Of a DNA stretch of 64,000 bases, positions 29,645 through 38,732 are shown in pieces. Source of the stretch: Polyangiaceae bacterium LLY-WYZ-15_(1-7). Its GTDB lineage: Bacteria > Myxococcota_A > Polyangia > Polyangiales > Houyiibacteriaceae. The translations under genes and the position numbers were made by a program. Location: NCBI GenBank assembly GCA_031800675.1, contig DAPKRU010000056.1, positions 70,626 through 134,625 of the forward strand, given 5' to 3'. The notes below the pieces were generated by a model. That model was not told where the DNA came from and did not search any database. It worked only from the letters and a program-made list of their open reading frames with translations. Every line of letters begins with the position of its first letter. Position 1 is the first letter of the stretch.

Positions 29645-29764
29645 CCGGCGAGATGTGACCGGCGAGATGTGACCGGCGCCTGACCGGGGAGACGCCCGAC
29701 CGGGGAGACGCCCGACCGGCCAGACGCCACCGGCGCCTGGCCGGGTAGACGCCACCGGCGCCTG
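29636..29764. repeat. short tandem repeats spanning the purT stop and 3' flank
   Basis: GAGATGTGACCGGC x3 (29636-29677); the first copy contains the purT stop. GACCGGGGAGACGCCC x2 (29682-29713). AGACGCCACCGGCGCCTG x2 (29722-29739 and 29747-29764). Confidence 0.85.
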
Positions 29765-29980
29765 AGGTCGCCGTAACCGACGTCGGATGGTCACGAGAGG
29801 ACCGCGACGGGCGGGCTCGCTCGCCGGAGGGTCCGCGGCGTGGGTCCCGCTGCCAACGAATCCGCCGTCCGAGCGCCGCTCGCGAACCGAACGCCCTTCG
29901 CGGAATCCCCCGCCAAACGCGATCGAAACGTGTTCTTCCTCCTCGCGCGAAGGGGGCGGCGCAGGGTATCCTCGACGCCG

Positions 29981-30766
29981 GTGGGTGGAAGTCGCATCTT
30001 CGCGACGGGGCCGTCGGGCTCCGGCGAGAGCACCGAGCGCATACGCGACGCGCTCGGCTGGCTGCTCACGGGCGCGCTGGGCGAGCCCGTCGAGCTCCGC
30101 GCCTACGCGACCTACGAGGCGCTCCTCGACGCGCTCCCCGAGGTCGACCTGGCCTGGCTGCCGCCGGCCGTCTACGTGCGCGCCCGATCGCGTCAGCCGC
30201 TCTGGACGCTCGCCGCGCTCGACCGGGGCGAGGGGCTGACCTACCGCGGCGCGATCTTCGTCCGCTCCGACGGCCCCTTCGCCGGGGTGGGGCACCTGGA
30301 CGGGGCGCGCATGGGCTGGGTCGCGCCCGAGTCCGCCTCCGGACACCTCTTCCCGCGGCTGGCCCTCCTCGAGGCCGGCGTCCGGCCGAGCGAGGTGCTC
30401 GCCGACGAGCGCTACTACGGGAGCCACGAGGCGGTGGTGCGGGCGGTGGCCGAGGGCGAGGTGGACGCCGGCGCCTGCTACGTGCACACGCAGGGCGACC
30501 GGCTCCGCGCGGCGGCGTGGGCGAAGGCGGGCGCGCCGATGCAGGCGCTGGTGCTCTCGCGGCCGATCCCGGCGGACGTGATCGTCGGGACGGCGAAGCT
30601 CGCCCCCTCCTTCGCGCCGACGCTGCTCGGCGCCTTCACCGCGCTCGCCGAGCGGTCCGACGGCCCGGCGCTGCTCGAGTCGCTCTTCGGCGCGAGCGGC
30701 CTCCGCCCGACGAGCGCGACCCGCTACGACGTGGTCCGCGAAGCCCTCGCCTCCGTCCTCGCGTGA
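29981..30766 (+). CDS. PhnD/SsuA-type substrate-binding-fold protein
   Basis: C-terminal part of track ORF 29840..30766. Pattern Y..L..AL....VDLAWLPPAVYV...GAIFVR...GSHEAVVRAVAEGEVDAGA is typical of phosphonate-type binding proteins. No signal peptide seen. Start (GTG 29981) is uncertain. Confidence 0.5.
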   Translation: MGGSRIFATGPSGSGESTERIRDALGWLLTGALGEPVELRAYATYEALLDALPEVDLAWLPPAVYVRARSRQPLWTLAALDRGEGLTYRGAIFVRSDGPFAGVGHLDGARMGWVAPESASGHLFPRLALLEAGVRPSEVLADERYYGSHEAVVRAVAEGEVDAGACYVHTQGDRLRAAAWAKAGAPMQALVLSRPIPADVIVGTAKLAPSFAPTLLGAFTALAERSDGPALLESLFGASGLRPTSATRYDVVREALASVLA

Positions 30767-30881
30767 GAGAGCGGCGTCTTCCGCTCGCTCACGCTCGCTA
30801 TGCACGCGTCGGAGCCGCCGGCGACGGGCCTCGGTCGAGGCGGCGTCGCCGGCGGCTCCGGGCGCGTTCTTCGGGGCGCGC

Positions 30882-33290
30882 TCAGGGAGCGGGGAGCACG
30901 CGCAGGCCGTAGCCGGCCTCGCCCGGGTTGGCGACGCCGAGCACGATCTCGCCGCCGCCCAGGCCCTCCACGTCACCGAAGGCGACCGGGCCGAGCTCGG
31001 CGACGCCGCCGAGATCCGGGCGCGCGTAGTCGGCGACCACCGGGCCGCCGTCGCGGCCGTCGAAGGTGAGGATCTCCAGGAGGCTCCCGGCGGGCCCCTG
31101 GGCGACGGCGGCGAGCACCAGGTAGTCGCCCTGCATGTCGATCTCCCCGAGCGCCAGCGAGGTCGCGCTCGCGCCGCTCCACTCGCCCTCGCCGAAGCCG
31201 CTGTCCAGGACGGTCTCGTAGTCGTTCGAGGCGTCGTCGAGGATCGTCCAGCGCGGGAAGTCGCTGCCCACGACGAGCTCGTCGCCCTCGCCGTCCAGCC
31301 GGTCGAGGTCGCCCGCGGCGAGCTGGCGCACGACCGTGGCCGGGCCCCAGTCGGCGCCGAGGCCGCGCGTCAGGATCAGCCAGCCCGCGAAGTCGTAGAC
31401 CACCACGCGGTCGCCGCTCGTTCCATCGTTCGAGACCGCGAGCTCGTCCTCGCCGTCGCCGTCGAAGTCGCCGAAGGCGAGATCCGTGGGGAGCGTCGGC
31501 GCGCCCCAGCTCCAGCTCCGCACCAGCTCCATCGGGTGGAGCGGGAGGACGCCGCCCGGCAGCACGTGGGAGTAGACGTACCAGCGCGCGCCCGAGCTCG
31601 CCCGGCGCGTGACGCCGAGCTCCTCGCGCCCGTCCCCGTCGAGGTCGCCGAAGGCCACCGCCCCGGCCGTCCGCGGCGCCTCCCAGTCGGCGCCGCCGCT
31701 GTCGACGACGGACCAGACGTTCGCGCCCGTGCGCCGGTAGATGAGCCAGGGGTCGCCGCTGAAGGCGCGCCGGCCGACGGCGAGCTCGTCGCGGCCGTCG
31801 CCGTCCACGTCGCCGAAGGCCACCGCCTGCGCCTGGTCGAGCCAGCCCCAGCTCGCCGAGGGCTCGTAGAGCTCGGCGTAGGCCGCCCCGTGGTCGTCGA
31901 GGACGCGCACCCGGGTGCGCCAGCCGGCCCACTCGATGATGGCCATCTCCTGGGCCGGATCGTCGTCGACGTTGCCGAAGGCGACGTCCAGCACCGTGCC
32001 GCCGATGTCCGCGCCGACGACGTGATCCTCGAGCGCATCGCAGAGCTCGGGCGCGCCGAAGATGGCGGCCGCGGCGCAAGGCTGCTTCAGGGCGTCGTTG
32101 CCGTGGGCGAAGTCGGGCAGGCGCACGACCTGGTGGTGAGCCGCGCCGCGCACGTCGCGCATGTAGCGCGAGAGGTGCTCCGCCCGCGCGCGCCGGTGCT
32201 CGCCCTGCACCTGGAGGTGGCAGTAGCACTGCTCCCAGTGCGCGATGTCCGCCTCGCCGACGAGGTAGGTGACCTCGCGCTGCATGTAGCTGGCGTCGAC
32301 CTGATCGAGGGGGGTCATCAGCGCGGCGGCGTGGCCACCGGGGACCGCGTCGAGGCCGGTCGCGTAGTCGTCGTACTCGTCGCACAGCTCCCCCGGCAGC
32401 GCGTCGCAGACCTCGGGGTCCGGGTAGGCGGGGGCGATGCCGTTCAGCAGCGGTACGAACTCGTCCTCGCCGACCTTCGGTCGCCGATGGGTGGTGTAGA
32501 GATAGCCGAAGGCGTTGGCGGGGACGTAGCGGACGCGTACGCGGCTGCCGAAGGGATAATCGTTGAGCGCGGCGAAGCGCTGGACGAGCTGCCCGCCGGC
32601 GGACTGGCCGACGAAGACGACCTCCTCGAGGTCCGGCATGCGCGCGATGGCCTTGTCGAGGAGGCGCTCGTAGAGCTCGAAGGAGCTCATCTGGAAGGCC
32701 TCCCCGGGCTTCGAGGAGCGCCCGCCCACGGAGTAGTCGTGGTCGACGCCGCCCTCGCTCCAGAGGAAGATGTCCTCGAGATCCTCGTTGGGGATGCCCT
32801 TCGAGCAGACGTAGTCGGGCTGGAGGAACTGGGGCGCGACCACGAGGGTCTCCCCCGGCTCCGCGAGGTCGGCGAGGATGGCCTGCCAGGTCGCGCTCTG
32901 CAGGATGCTCTGGTAGGCGCCGGCGTCCGACCCGCGGCCGTGCTGGGCGATGATCAGCCGCGTGTGGGGCAGCGGTGGGTTGCGCTGCCCGCGGTCGTTC
33001 ACGGAGTCGAGGTCGCCGTTGGCGCAGTAGGGGAGCGCCATCGCGTCGTCGCCCTGGTGCACCCAGAGCCGGCCCTCGCAGAGGAAGCCCGGATCCTCGG
33101 GCCCGCAGATGGACGGCTCCACGTCGAGCCCCGCGCTCGCGCCGCCCGGCTCGTCGACCGGGCCTCCGGCCAGGCAGGCGCTCGCGAGCGCGCCTCCCAG
33201 CACCATCAGGACGCGCAGGCCGCTTCGTCCAGCCCCGGAAACGCCGGCCCGCGGCGCTCTCGAACGATATCCCATCGAACCCATCGTCAT
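30882..33290 (-). CDS. secreted alpha/beta-hydrolase-like protein with C-terminal FG-GAP/VCBS repeats
   Basis: Signal peptide with Cys (LGGALASAC). Nucleophile elbow GQSAGG. Four or more FG-GAP units: FGDVDGDGRDELAVG, FGDLDGDGREELGV, FGDFDGDGEDELAV. The AAGGAG spacing favours the ATG at 33284 or 33275 as the true start. Confidence 0.75.
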   Translation of the reverse strand: MTMGSMGYRSRAPRAGVSGAGRSGLRVLMVLGGALASACLAGGPVDEPGGASAGLDVEPSICGPEDPGFLCEGRLWVHQGDDAMALPYCANGDLDSVNDRGQRNPPLPHTRLIIAQHGRGSDAGAYQSILQSATWQAILADLAEPGETLVVAPQFLQPDYVCSKGIPNEDLEDIFLWSEGGVDHDYSVGGRSSKPGEAFQMSSFELYERLLDKAIARMPDLEEVVFVGQSAGGQLVQRFAALNDYPFGSRVRVRYVPANAFGYLYTTHRRPKVGEDEFVPLLNGIAPAYPDPEVCDALPGELCDEYDDYATGLDAVPGGHAAALMTPLDQVDASYMQREVTYLVGEADIAHWEQCYCHLQVQGEHRRARAEHLSRYMRDVRGAAHHQVVRLPDFAHGNDALKQPCAAAAIFGAPELCDALEDHVVGADIGGTVLDVAFGNVDDDPAQEMAIIEWAGWRTRVRVLDDHGAAYAELYEPSASWGWLDQAQAVAFGDVDGDGRDELAVGRRAFSGDPWLIYRRTGANVWSVVDSGGADWEAPRTAGAVAFGDLDGDGREELGVTRRASSGARWYVYSHVLPGGVLPLHPMELVRSWSWGAPTLPTDLAFGDFDGDGEDELAVSNDGTSGDRVVVYDFAGWLILTRGLGADWGPATVVRQLAAGDLDRLDGEGDELVVGSDFPRWTILDDASNDYETVLDSGFGEGEWSGASATSLALGEIDMQGDYLVLAAVAQGPAGSLLEILTFDGRDGGPVVADYARPDLGGVAELGPVAFGDVEGLGGGEIVLGVANPGEAGYGLRVLPAP

Positions 33291-33500
33291 GCTCCTTCAG
33301 TCGAAGCGCGGGGCACCTCGGCGCCCCCGCACCCCGGCAGTGACGACGCGCGCCGATCGGTTCACGGGTTTCTCGTTTTTCTTTCCACGCTGCCGCTCGC
33401 TGCCGCTCGCTGCGCTCGCTGCCGTCCGCTTTCCGCCTTCCGCCGTCCGCCTCGGTTCTTCGACGGGACGGTGCGTGGCCGCTTCGCGGAGCCACGCTGC

Positions 33501-33715
33501 GGCTGGGCGGGCGCTCGAGCTCGGGCGGGCGCTTCGGCTCGGGCTGGCGCTCTTGCTCGGGCTGGCGCTGCGGCTCGGGCTGGCGCCGCCGCTCGAGCTC
33601 GGGCTGGCGCTTCGGCTCGGGCTGGCGCTGGCGTCTCGGCTCGGGCTGGCGCTTCGGCTCGGGCGGGCGCTTCCGCGCGGCTGGGGCTGGCGCTTCGGCT
33701 CGAGCTCGGGCCTCG
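33501..33715. repeat. degenerate 18-nt tandem repeat (about 11 units)
   Basis: Unit GCTCGGGCTGGCGCTTCG. Successive unit lengths from 33519 are 18,18,18,24,18,24,18,23,18,18. Lies in the 468-nt spacer between the metallophosphoesterase stop and the hydrolase start. Confidence 0.85.
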
Positions 33716-33758
33716 GCCCCCCTCCGCGCCCCGTGGGCGAGGTCCGGGCAAGGGCCGT

Positions 33759-34997
33759 TCAGCGCCAGACTCGAAGCACGCTCTCCTCCGCCGGGACACC
33801 GAGGCGCACCGGGAAGCCGTAGTGTCCCGTGCCGCGGTGCACGTAGAGCCGGTCCGGGCCGCGGGCGAAGAGGCCGTGGTCGGGCATCTTCACGGCCGCC
33901 CAGACGACGGTCCAGTCGAGCCCCAGACTGACGAGGCCCACCTGGCCGCCGTGCGTGTGGCCGGCGAGCACGAGGTCCGCCTCCCCCTCCGGCACGTGCC
34001 GGAACGCGCCCGGGTCGTGGAGCAGCCAGAGCCGGAGGGCCCCCTCCTCGCGCGGATGACGGCGGGCGAGGCGGGCGAGGCGCGCCTTCCGATCGCGGAA
34101 GTGGAAGTCGCTGCCGACGATCTGCACCGGGCCGACGGGCGTGTCGACGGTCTGCGCGTCGTCGACGAGGAGCGTCACGCCGCAGACGCCGAGGGCCGTC
34201 TTCACGACCTCGGGCGCCTCGTGGTCGTGGTTCCCCATGCAGGCGAAGCAGCGGCCGCGAAGCTGACGGAGGGGGGCGAGCGCGTCCTCGAGGTGCCGCG
34301 GCGTGGCCTGGGACTCCATGGTGAGGAAGTCGCCCGTGAGCAGCACCAGGTCCGGGTCCGCGGCGACGACGCGCTCGCAGAGGCGGCGCAGGCGGCGCGG
34401 GCTCATCCAGGGGCCGAGGTGGGGATCGGTGATCTGCGCGAGGCGGAGCGGGCGCGGGCCGGCGCCGGCGGGGGGCGCGGCGAGCGGGTGGCGCGCGAGG
34501 GGGCCGGCGTCGCGGCCGTCGAGGACGATGTCGCGGGTCTCGCGGCGCGGGCGGAGGGACTGGAGGGCGCCGAAGAGGGCCAGCGCGTAGGGCGCCCACC
34601 AGCCCGGGAGCGCGAGGCCGAAGACGCCGGGGAGCGCCCAGGGGAGCGCGAGGATCGTGCCGCCGACGAAGACGTGACCCGGGAGGCTGACGAGGAGCCG
34701 GTAGGGGAGCGAGCGCATCGCCGGCCAGACGAGCCGGAGGAAGTGGAGGAAGGTCGCGGCCTGCAGGTAGACGAAGAGCGGCGCGGCGGCGTCGGCGCGG
34801 ACCTGCGGGTAGAGGGCCGCGGCGAGGGCCGTCTGGGTGCCGAGGAGGATGGCGAGGAAGGTCGCGTAGAAGCGGTTGCGGAAGCGCGCCGCGAGCACGA
34901 CGACGAGGGCCCAGGCGGCGACGCCACCCAGGACGAAGGACGCGGGCGCCGGCATCGCGGCGTTCAGCGCGCGCCAGCCGTCGAGGAGCGGGTGCAC
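33759..34997 (-). CDS. membrane-anchored metallophosphoesterase
   Basis: N-terminal TM helices, then calcineurin-like motifs: ITDPHLG, LLTGDFL, GNHDHE, LAGHTHGGQ. GTG start 1 nt after the upstream stop. Confidence 0.85.
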   Translation of the reverse strand: MHPLLDGWRALNAAMPAPASFVLGGVAAWALVVVLAARFRNRFYATFLAILLGTQTALAAALYPQVRADAAAPLFVYLQAATFLHFLRLVWPAMRSLPYRLLVSLPGHVFVGGTILALPWALPGVFGLALPGWWAPYALALFGALQSLRPRRETRDIVLDGRDAGPLARHPLAAPPAGAGPRPLRLAQITDPHLGPWMSPRRLRRLCERVVAADPDLVLLTGDFLTMESQATPRHLEDALAPLRQLRGRCFACMGNHDHEAPEVVKTALGVCGVTLLVDDAQTVDTPVGPVQIVGSDFHFRDRKARLARLARRHPREEGALRLWLLHDPGAFRHVPEGEADLVLAGHTHGGQVGLVSLGLDWTVVWAAVKMPDHGLFARGPDRLYVHRGTGHYGFPVRLGVPAEESVLRVWR

Positions 34998-34998
34998 C

Positions 34999-36180
34999 TC
35001 AGCCGCCGCCGTCGGGGCCGCGCTTGAAGGGGCCGTGCTCGGCGAGCTCGTCCATCTGGCGCTGCGTCGAAAAGGCCTCGCGCGGGAGGAACTCGGCGAC
35101 GGCCTGGCGGAGGCGCGGATCGCGGAGCCAGTGCACCGAGTGGATCTTCGCGGGCATCAGCCCGCGGCGGAGCTTGTGCGTGCCCTGCGCGCCGGCCTCG
35201 AAGCGGGTCATGCCCTGCGCGATCGCGCGCTCGATCAGCGCGTAGTAGCAGAGCTCGAAGTGGAGCATCTCGTGGTCTTCGAGGCAGCCCCAGTAGCGGC
35301 CGTAGAGGTGCGCGCCCTTCTCGAAGTTCAGCGTGCCAGCGACGGGCTCGTCCTCGCCTTCCGGGTAGGCGAGGGCCGCGACGGCGCGGTCCTTCAGGCG
35401 CTCGGGGCCGAGGTCGAAGAAGCGGTTGGTGAGGTAGGGGAAGGAGCCCTTGCGCGCGCAGGTGTCGCGGTAGAAGCGGCGGAGCGCCTCCCAGTCGGCG
35501 GCCGTGAGCTCGGCGCCGCTCTTCACGCGCACCTCGAGGCCCGCTTCGCCGACCTTGCGGCGCTCCTTGCGGAGCTTCTTGCGGTTCGAGGAGCGGAAGC
35601 GCGCGAGGTAGGCGTCGAAGTCCGCGTAGCCCTCGTTGTGCCAGTGGAACTGCATGGTGAGGCGCGGGAGGAGGCCCCCCGGCACCTCGAGGGCCTCGCC
35701 GGCGCGGATCAGGGCGTCGCGCTCGGCCTCGGTCACGAAGAGGAAGTGGATGGAGGAGGCGTCGGAGGCCTCGAGCACCTGGAAGGCGCCGGCGACGAGC
35801 GCGCGGACGACCTGGTCGTAGTCGGCGTCCGGGTGGGCGAGCAGGCGCTTGCCGGTGGCCGGCGTGACGGGCGCCATGGAGACGAGCTTCGGGTAGTACT
35901 CGACGCCGACGCGGTGGGCGGCGTCGGCCCAGCCCCAGTCGAAGATGTACTCGCCGTAGCTGTGGTCCTTGAGGTAGAGAGGCAGGCCGCCGACGAGCTC
36001 GTCGTCGTCCGTGTAGACGGCGAGGTGGAGGGGGAGCCAGCCGGCCTTGCCGCCGACCGAGCCGCTCTCCTCGAGCGCGTGGAGGAAGGCGTGCTCGACG
36101 AAGGGATCGTCGTCGCCCGTGAGGGCGTCCCAGGCCTCCGGATCCACGTCGCCCAGGCCCTCGAGCACCTTCACGTACAC
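34999..36180 (-). CDS. FemAB-like GNAT-fold protein (DUF482 family)
   Basis: 393 aa. FVEHAFLHALEESGSV...GWLPLHL...LYLKDHSYGEYIFDWGWADAA matches the DUF482 family as I recall it. Confidence 0.75.
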   Translation of the reverse strand: MYVKVLEGLGDVDPEAWDALTGDDDPFVEHAFLHALEESGSVGGKAGWLPLHLAVYTDDDELVGGLPLYLKDHSYGEYIFDWGWADAAHRVGVEYYPKLVSMAPVTPATGKRLLAHPDADYDQVVRALVAGAFQVLEASDASSIHFLFVTEAERDALIRAGEALEVPGGLLPRLTMQFHWHNEGYADFDAYLARFRSSNRKKLRKERRKVGEAGLEVRVKSGAELTAADWEALRRFYRDTCARKGSFPYLTNRFFDLGPERLKDRAVAALAYPEGEDEPVAGTLNFEKGAHLYGRYWGCLEDHEMLHFELCYYALIERAIAQGMTRFEAGAQGTHKLRRGLMPAKIHSVHWLRDPRLRQAVAEFLPREAFSTQRQMDELAEHGPFKRGPDGGG

Positions 36181-36292
36181 GGCATCACCTGCCTACGGAG
36201 GTAGGGCGGGTGCGCGCCCATCGCAAGCGGGGCCCGGTGGAGTCGCCGGGCGGAGTCGCCGGGCGCCGGGGGAGCCGGCATACTGCCGCGCC

Positions 36293-37096
36293 ATGGACTT
36301 CCGCGGACGCTCCGTCGTGCTCACCGGCGCCTCGAAGGGGATCGGCGCTCGCCTCGCCGAGCGGCTGGCCGAGCGGGGCGCGCGGCTGACGCTGGCGGCC
36401 CGGAGCGCGGGCGCGCTCGAGGAGGTGGCCGGGCGGTGCCGGCAGCTCGGGGGCGAGGCGATCGTGGCGCCGACGGATGTCGCCGATGCGGAGGCGTGCG
36501 GAGCGTTGGTGGCGCGCGCGGTGGAGGCCTGGGGCGCGATCGACGCGGTCGTGCACAACGCGGGCATCTCGATGTGGGCGCGCTTCGACGAGGTCGAGGA
36601 CTTGGGCGTCTTCGAGCGGATCATGCGGGTGAACTACCTCGGCCCGGTGTACCTGACGCACCACGCGCTGCCGCACTTGAAGCGCTCGCGCGGGCTCCTG
36701 GTGGCGATCAGCTCGCTGACGGGGAAGACGGGGGTGCCGACGCGCTCGGGCTACGCGGCGAGCAAGCACGCGCTCCAGGGCTTCTGCGACAGCCTGCGCA
36801 TCGAGCTGCGGCACACGGGGGTGGACGTGTGCGTGATCAGCCCGGGGTTCGTGGACACGGACATCCGCGCGACGGCGCTCGGGGGGGATGGGGCGTCGCT
36901 CGGGGCGAGCCCGCGGGACGAGCGCGAGAACATGAGCGTCGACGAGTGCGTGGAGATCGTCGTCGAGGCGATGGAGGCGCGGCGGCGCGAGGTGGTGATG
37001 ACGGGCCTCGCGAAGGCGGGCATGGCGCTGAAGCTGATCTCGCCGCGGGCGGTCGACTGGATCACCGCGCGGAAGATCGGCGACCCCGGGAAGTAG
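36293..37096 (+). CDS. SDR family oxidoreductase
   Basis: ATG at 36293 inside track ORF 36047..37096. TGASKGIG, NAG, S...YAASKHAL catalytic triad. Confidence 0.9.
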   Translation: MDFRGRSVVLTGASKGIGARLAERLAERGARLTLAARSAGALEEVAGRCRQLGGEAIVAPTDVADAEACGALVARAVEAWGAIDAVVHNAGISMWARFDEVEDLGVFERIMRVNYLGPVYLTHHALPHLKRSRGLLVAISSLTGKTGVPTRSGYAASKHALQGFCDSLRIELRHTGVDVCVISPGFVDTDIRATALGGDGASLGASPRDERENMSVDECVEIVVEAMEARRREVVMTGLAKAGMALKLISPRAVDWITARKIGDPGK

Positions 37097-37222
37097 GGGC
37101 GCGGACGCAGGCGTCGACGTCGCGTGGTCGACGCTTTTCGGTCGACCTCGCTCAGCCGAGCGCCGCGTAGCCGACGCCCTTCGGTCGACGCTGCGTGATC
37201 GACGCTGCGTGATCGACGCCGC

Positions 37223-38158
<936 letters not shown>

Positions 38159-38516
38159 GGTGCCTCGCGGGGCCCCCGAGGTGGGGGAACGGGTAGGTGT
38201 ACGGGAGCTGCGCGATTGAGATTCCCCGTGGGGCCGGGCCAATCACGTCTCACGTGAGCGATCGCACGATTTCGAGGCGAACGTCGGGGGAAGCCCCGAC
38301 GCGAGGATGGCCCGCCCCCGGGCCCGGGTCGAGCCGCCCCACGCCCCGCATCTCGTCGCCCTTCATCGAACGATCGACCCCGAATTCGTTCGAGACATCG
38401 GAACGACGAGCATCGCACGCGATACACCCACCCTGCCCTCGCGCCCCCTCTCCCGAAGCAGAACCGAACGATATCCAGCCCTTACCCCCGCTGCTTTCGA
38501 GCTCGATCGAAAGAAC

Positions 38517-38682
38517 GTCCGCAGGACACCTGACGGCGTCCGCAGGACTCCTGGGTAGGCGTCCGCAGGACTCCCAGGTAGGCGTCCGCAGGACTCCCCG
38601 GCAGGCGTCCACAGGACTCCCCGGCAGGCGTCCGCAGGACTCCCCGGCAGCGTCCGCAGGACTCCCCGGCAGCCGTCCGCAG
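38517..38682. repeat. 23-nt tandem repeat, about 7.5 units, each with a GTCC-N3-GGAC mini-palindrome
   Basis: Units GTCCGCAGGACTCCCCGGCAGGC and variants start at 38517, 38538, 38561, 38584, 38607, 38630, 38652 and 38675. Unit lengths of 21-23 nt are not multiples of 3. Confidence 0.9.
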
Positions 38683-38732
38683 CCGAGCGGCACGGGTGGT
38701 GGCTCGGGCGCGCGGGCCTGGCGCGGCTGGGC

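Noticed and set aside
33362-33799. 145-aa minus-strand ORF (APARAE repeats) across the 18-nt array
   Set aside because: It starts inside the metallophosphoesterase gene. Its third codon positions alternate with A (GCC CGA GCC GAA GCG CCA), unlike genuine genes here, so it is probably a by-product of the repeat.
30973-35027. 1208-aa minus-strand ORF (30973-34599) and 1163-aa + strand ORF (31536-35027)
   Set aside because: They span three real genes (hydrolase/FG-GAP, metallophosphoesterase, part of GNAT) in wrong frames, with Arg/Pro/Gly-rich translations. Open frames of this length are expected by chance when stop codons are rare at over 70 % GC.
38517-38682. CRISPR array hypothesis for the 23-nt repeats (and for the 15-nt array at 18611-18730)
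   Set aside because: The units are directly adjacent with no unique spacers, are shorter than typical CRISPR repeats, and no cas genes are in the window.
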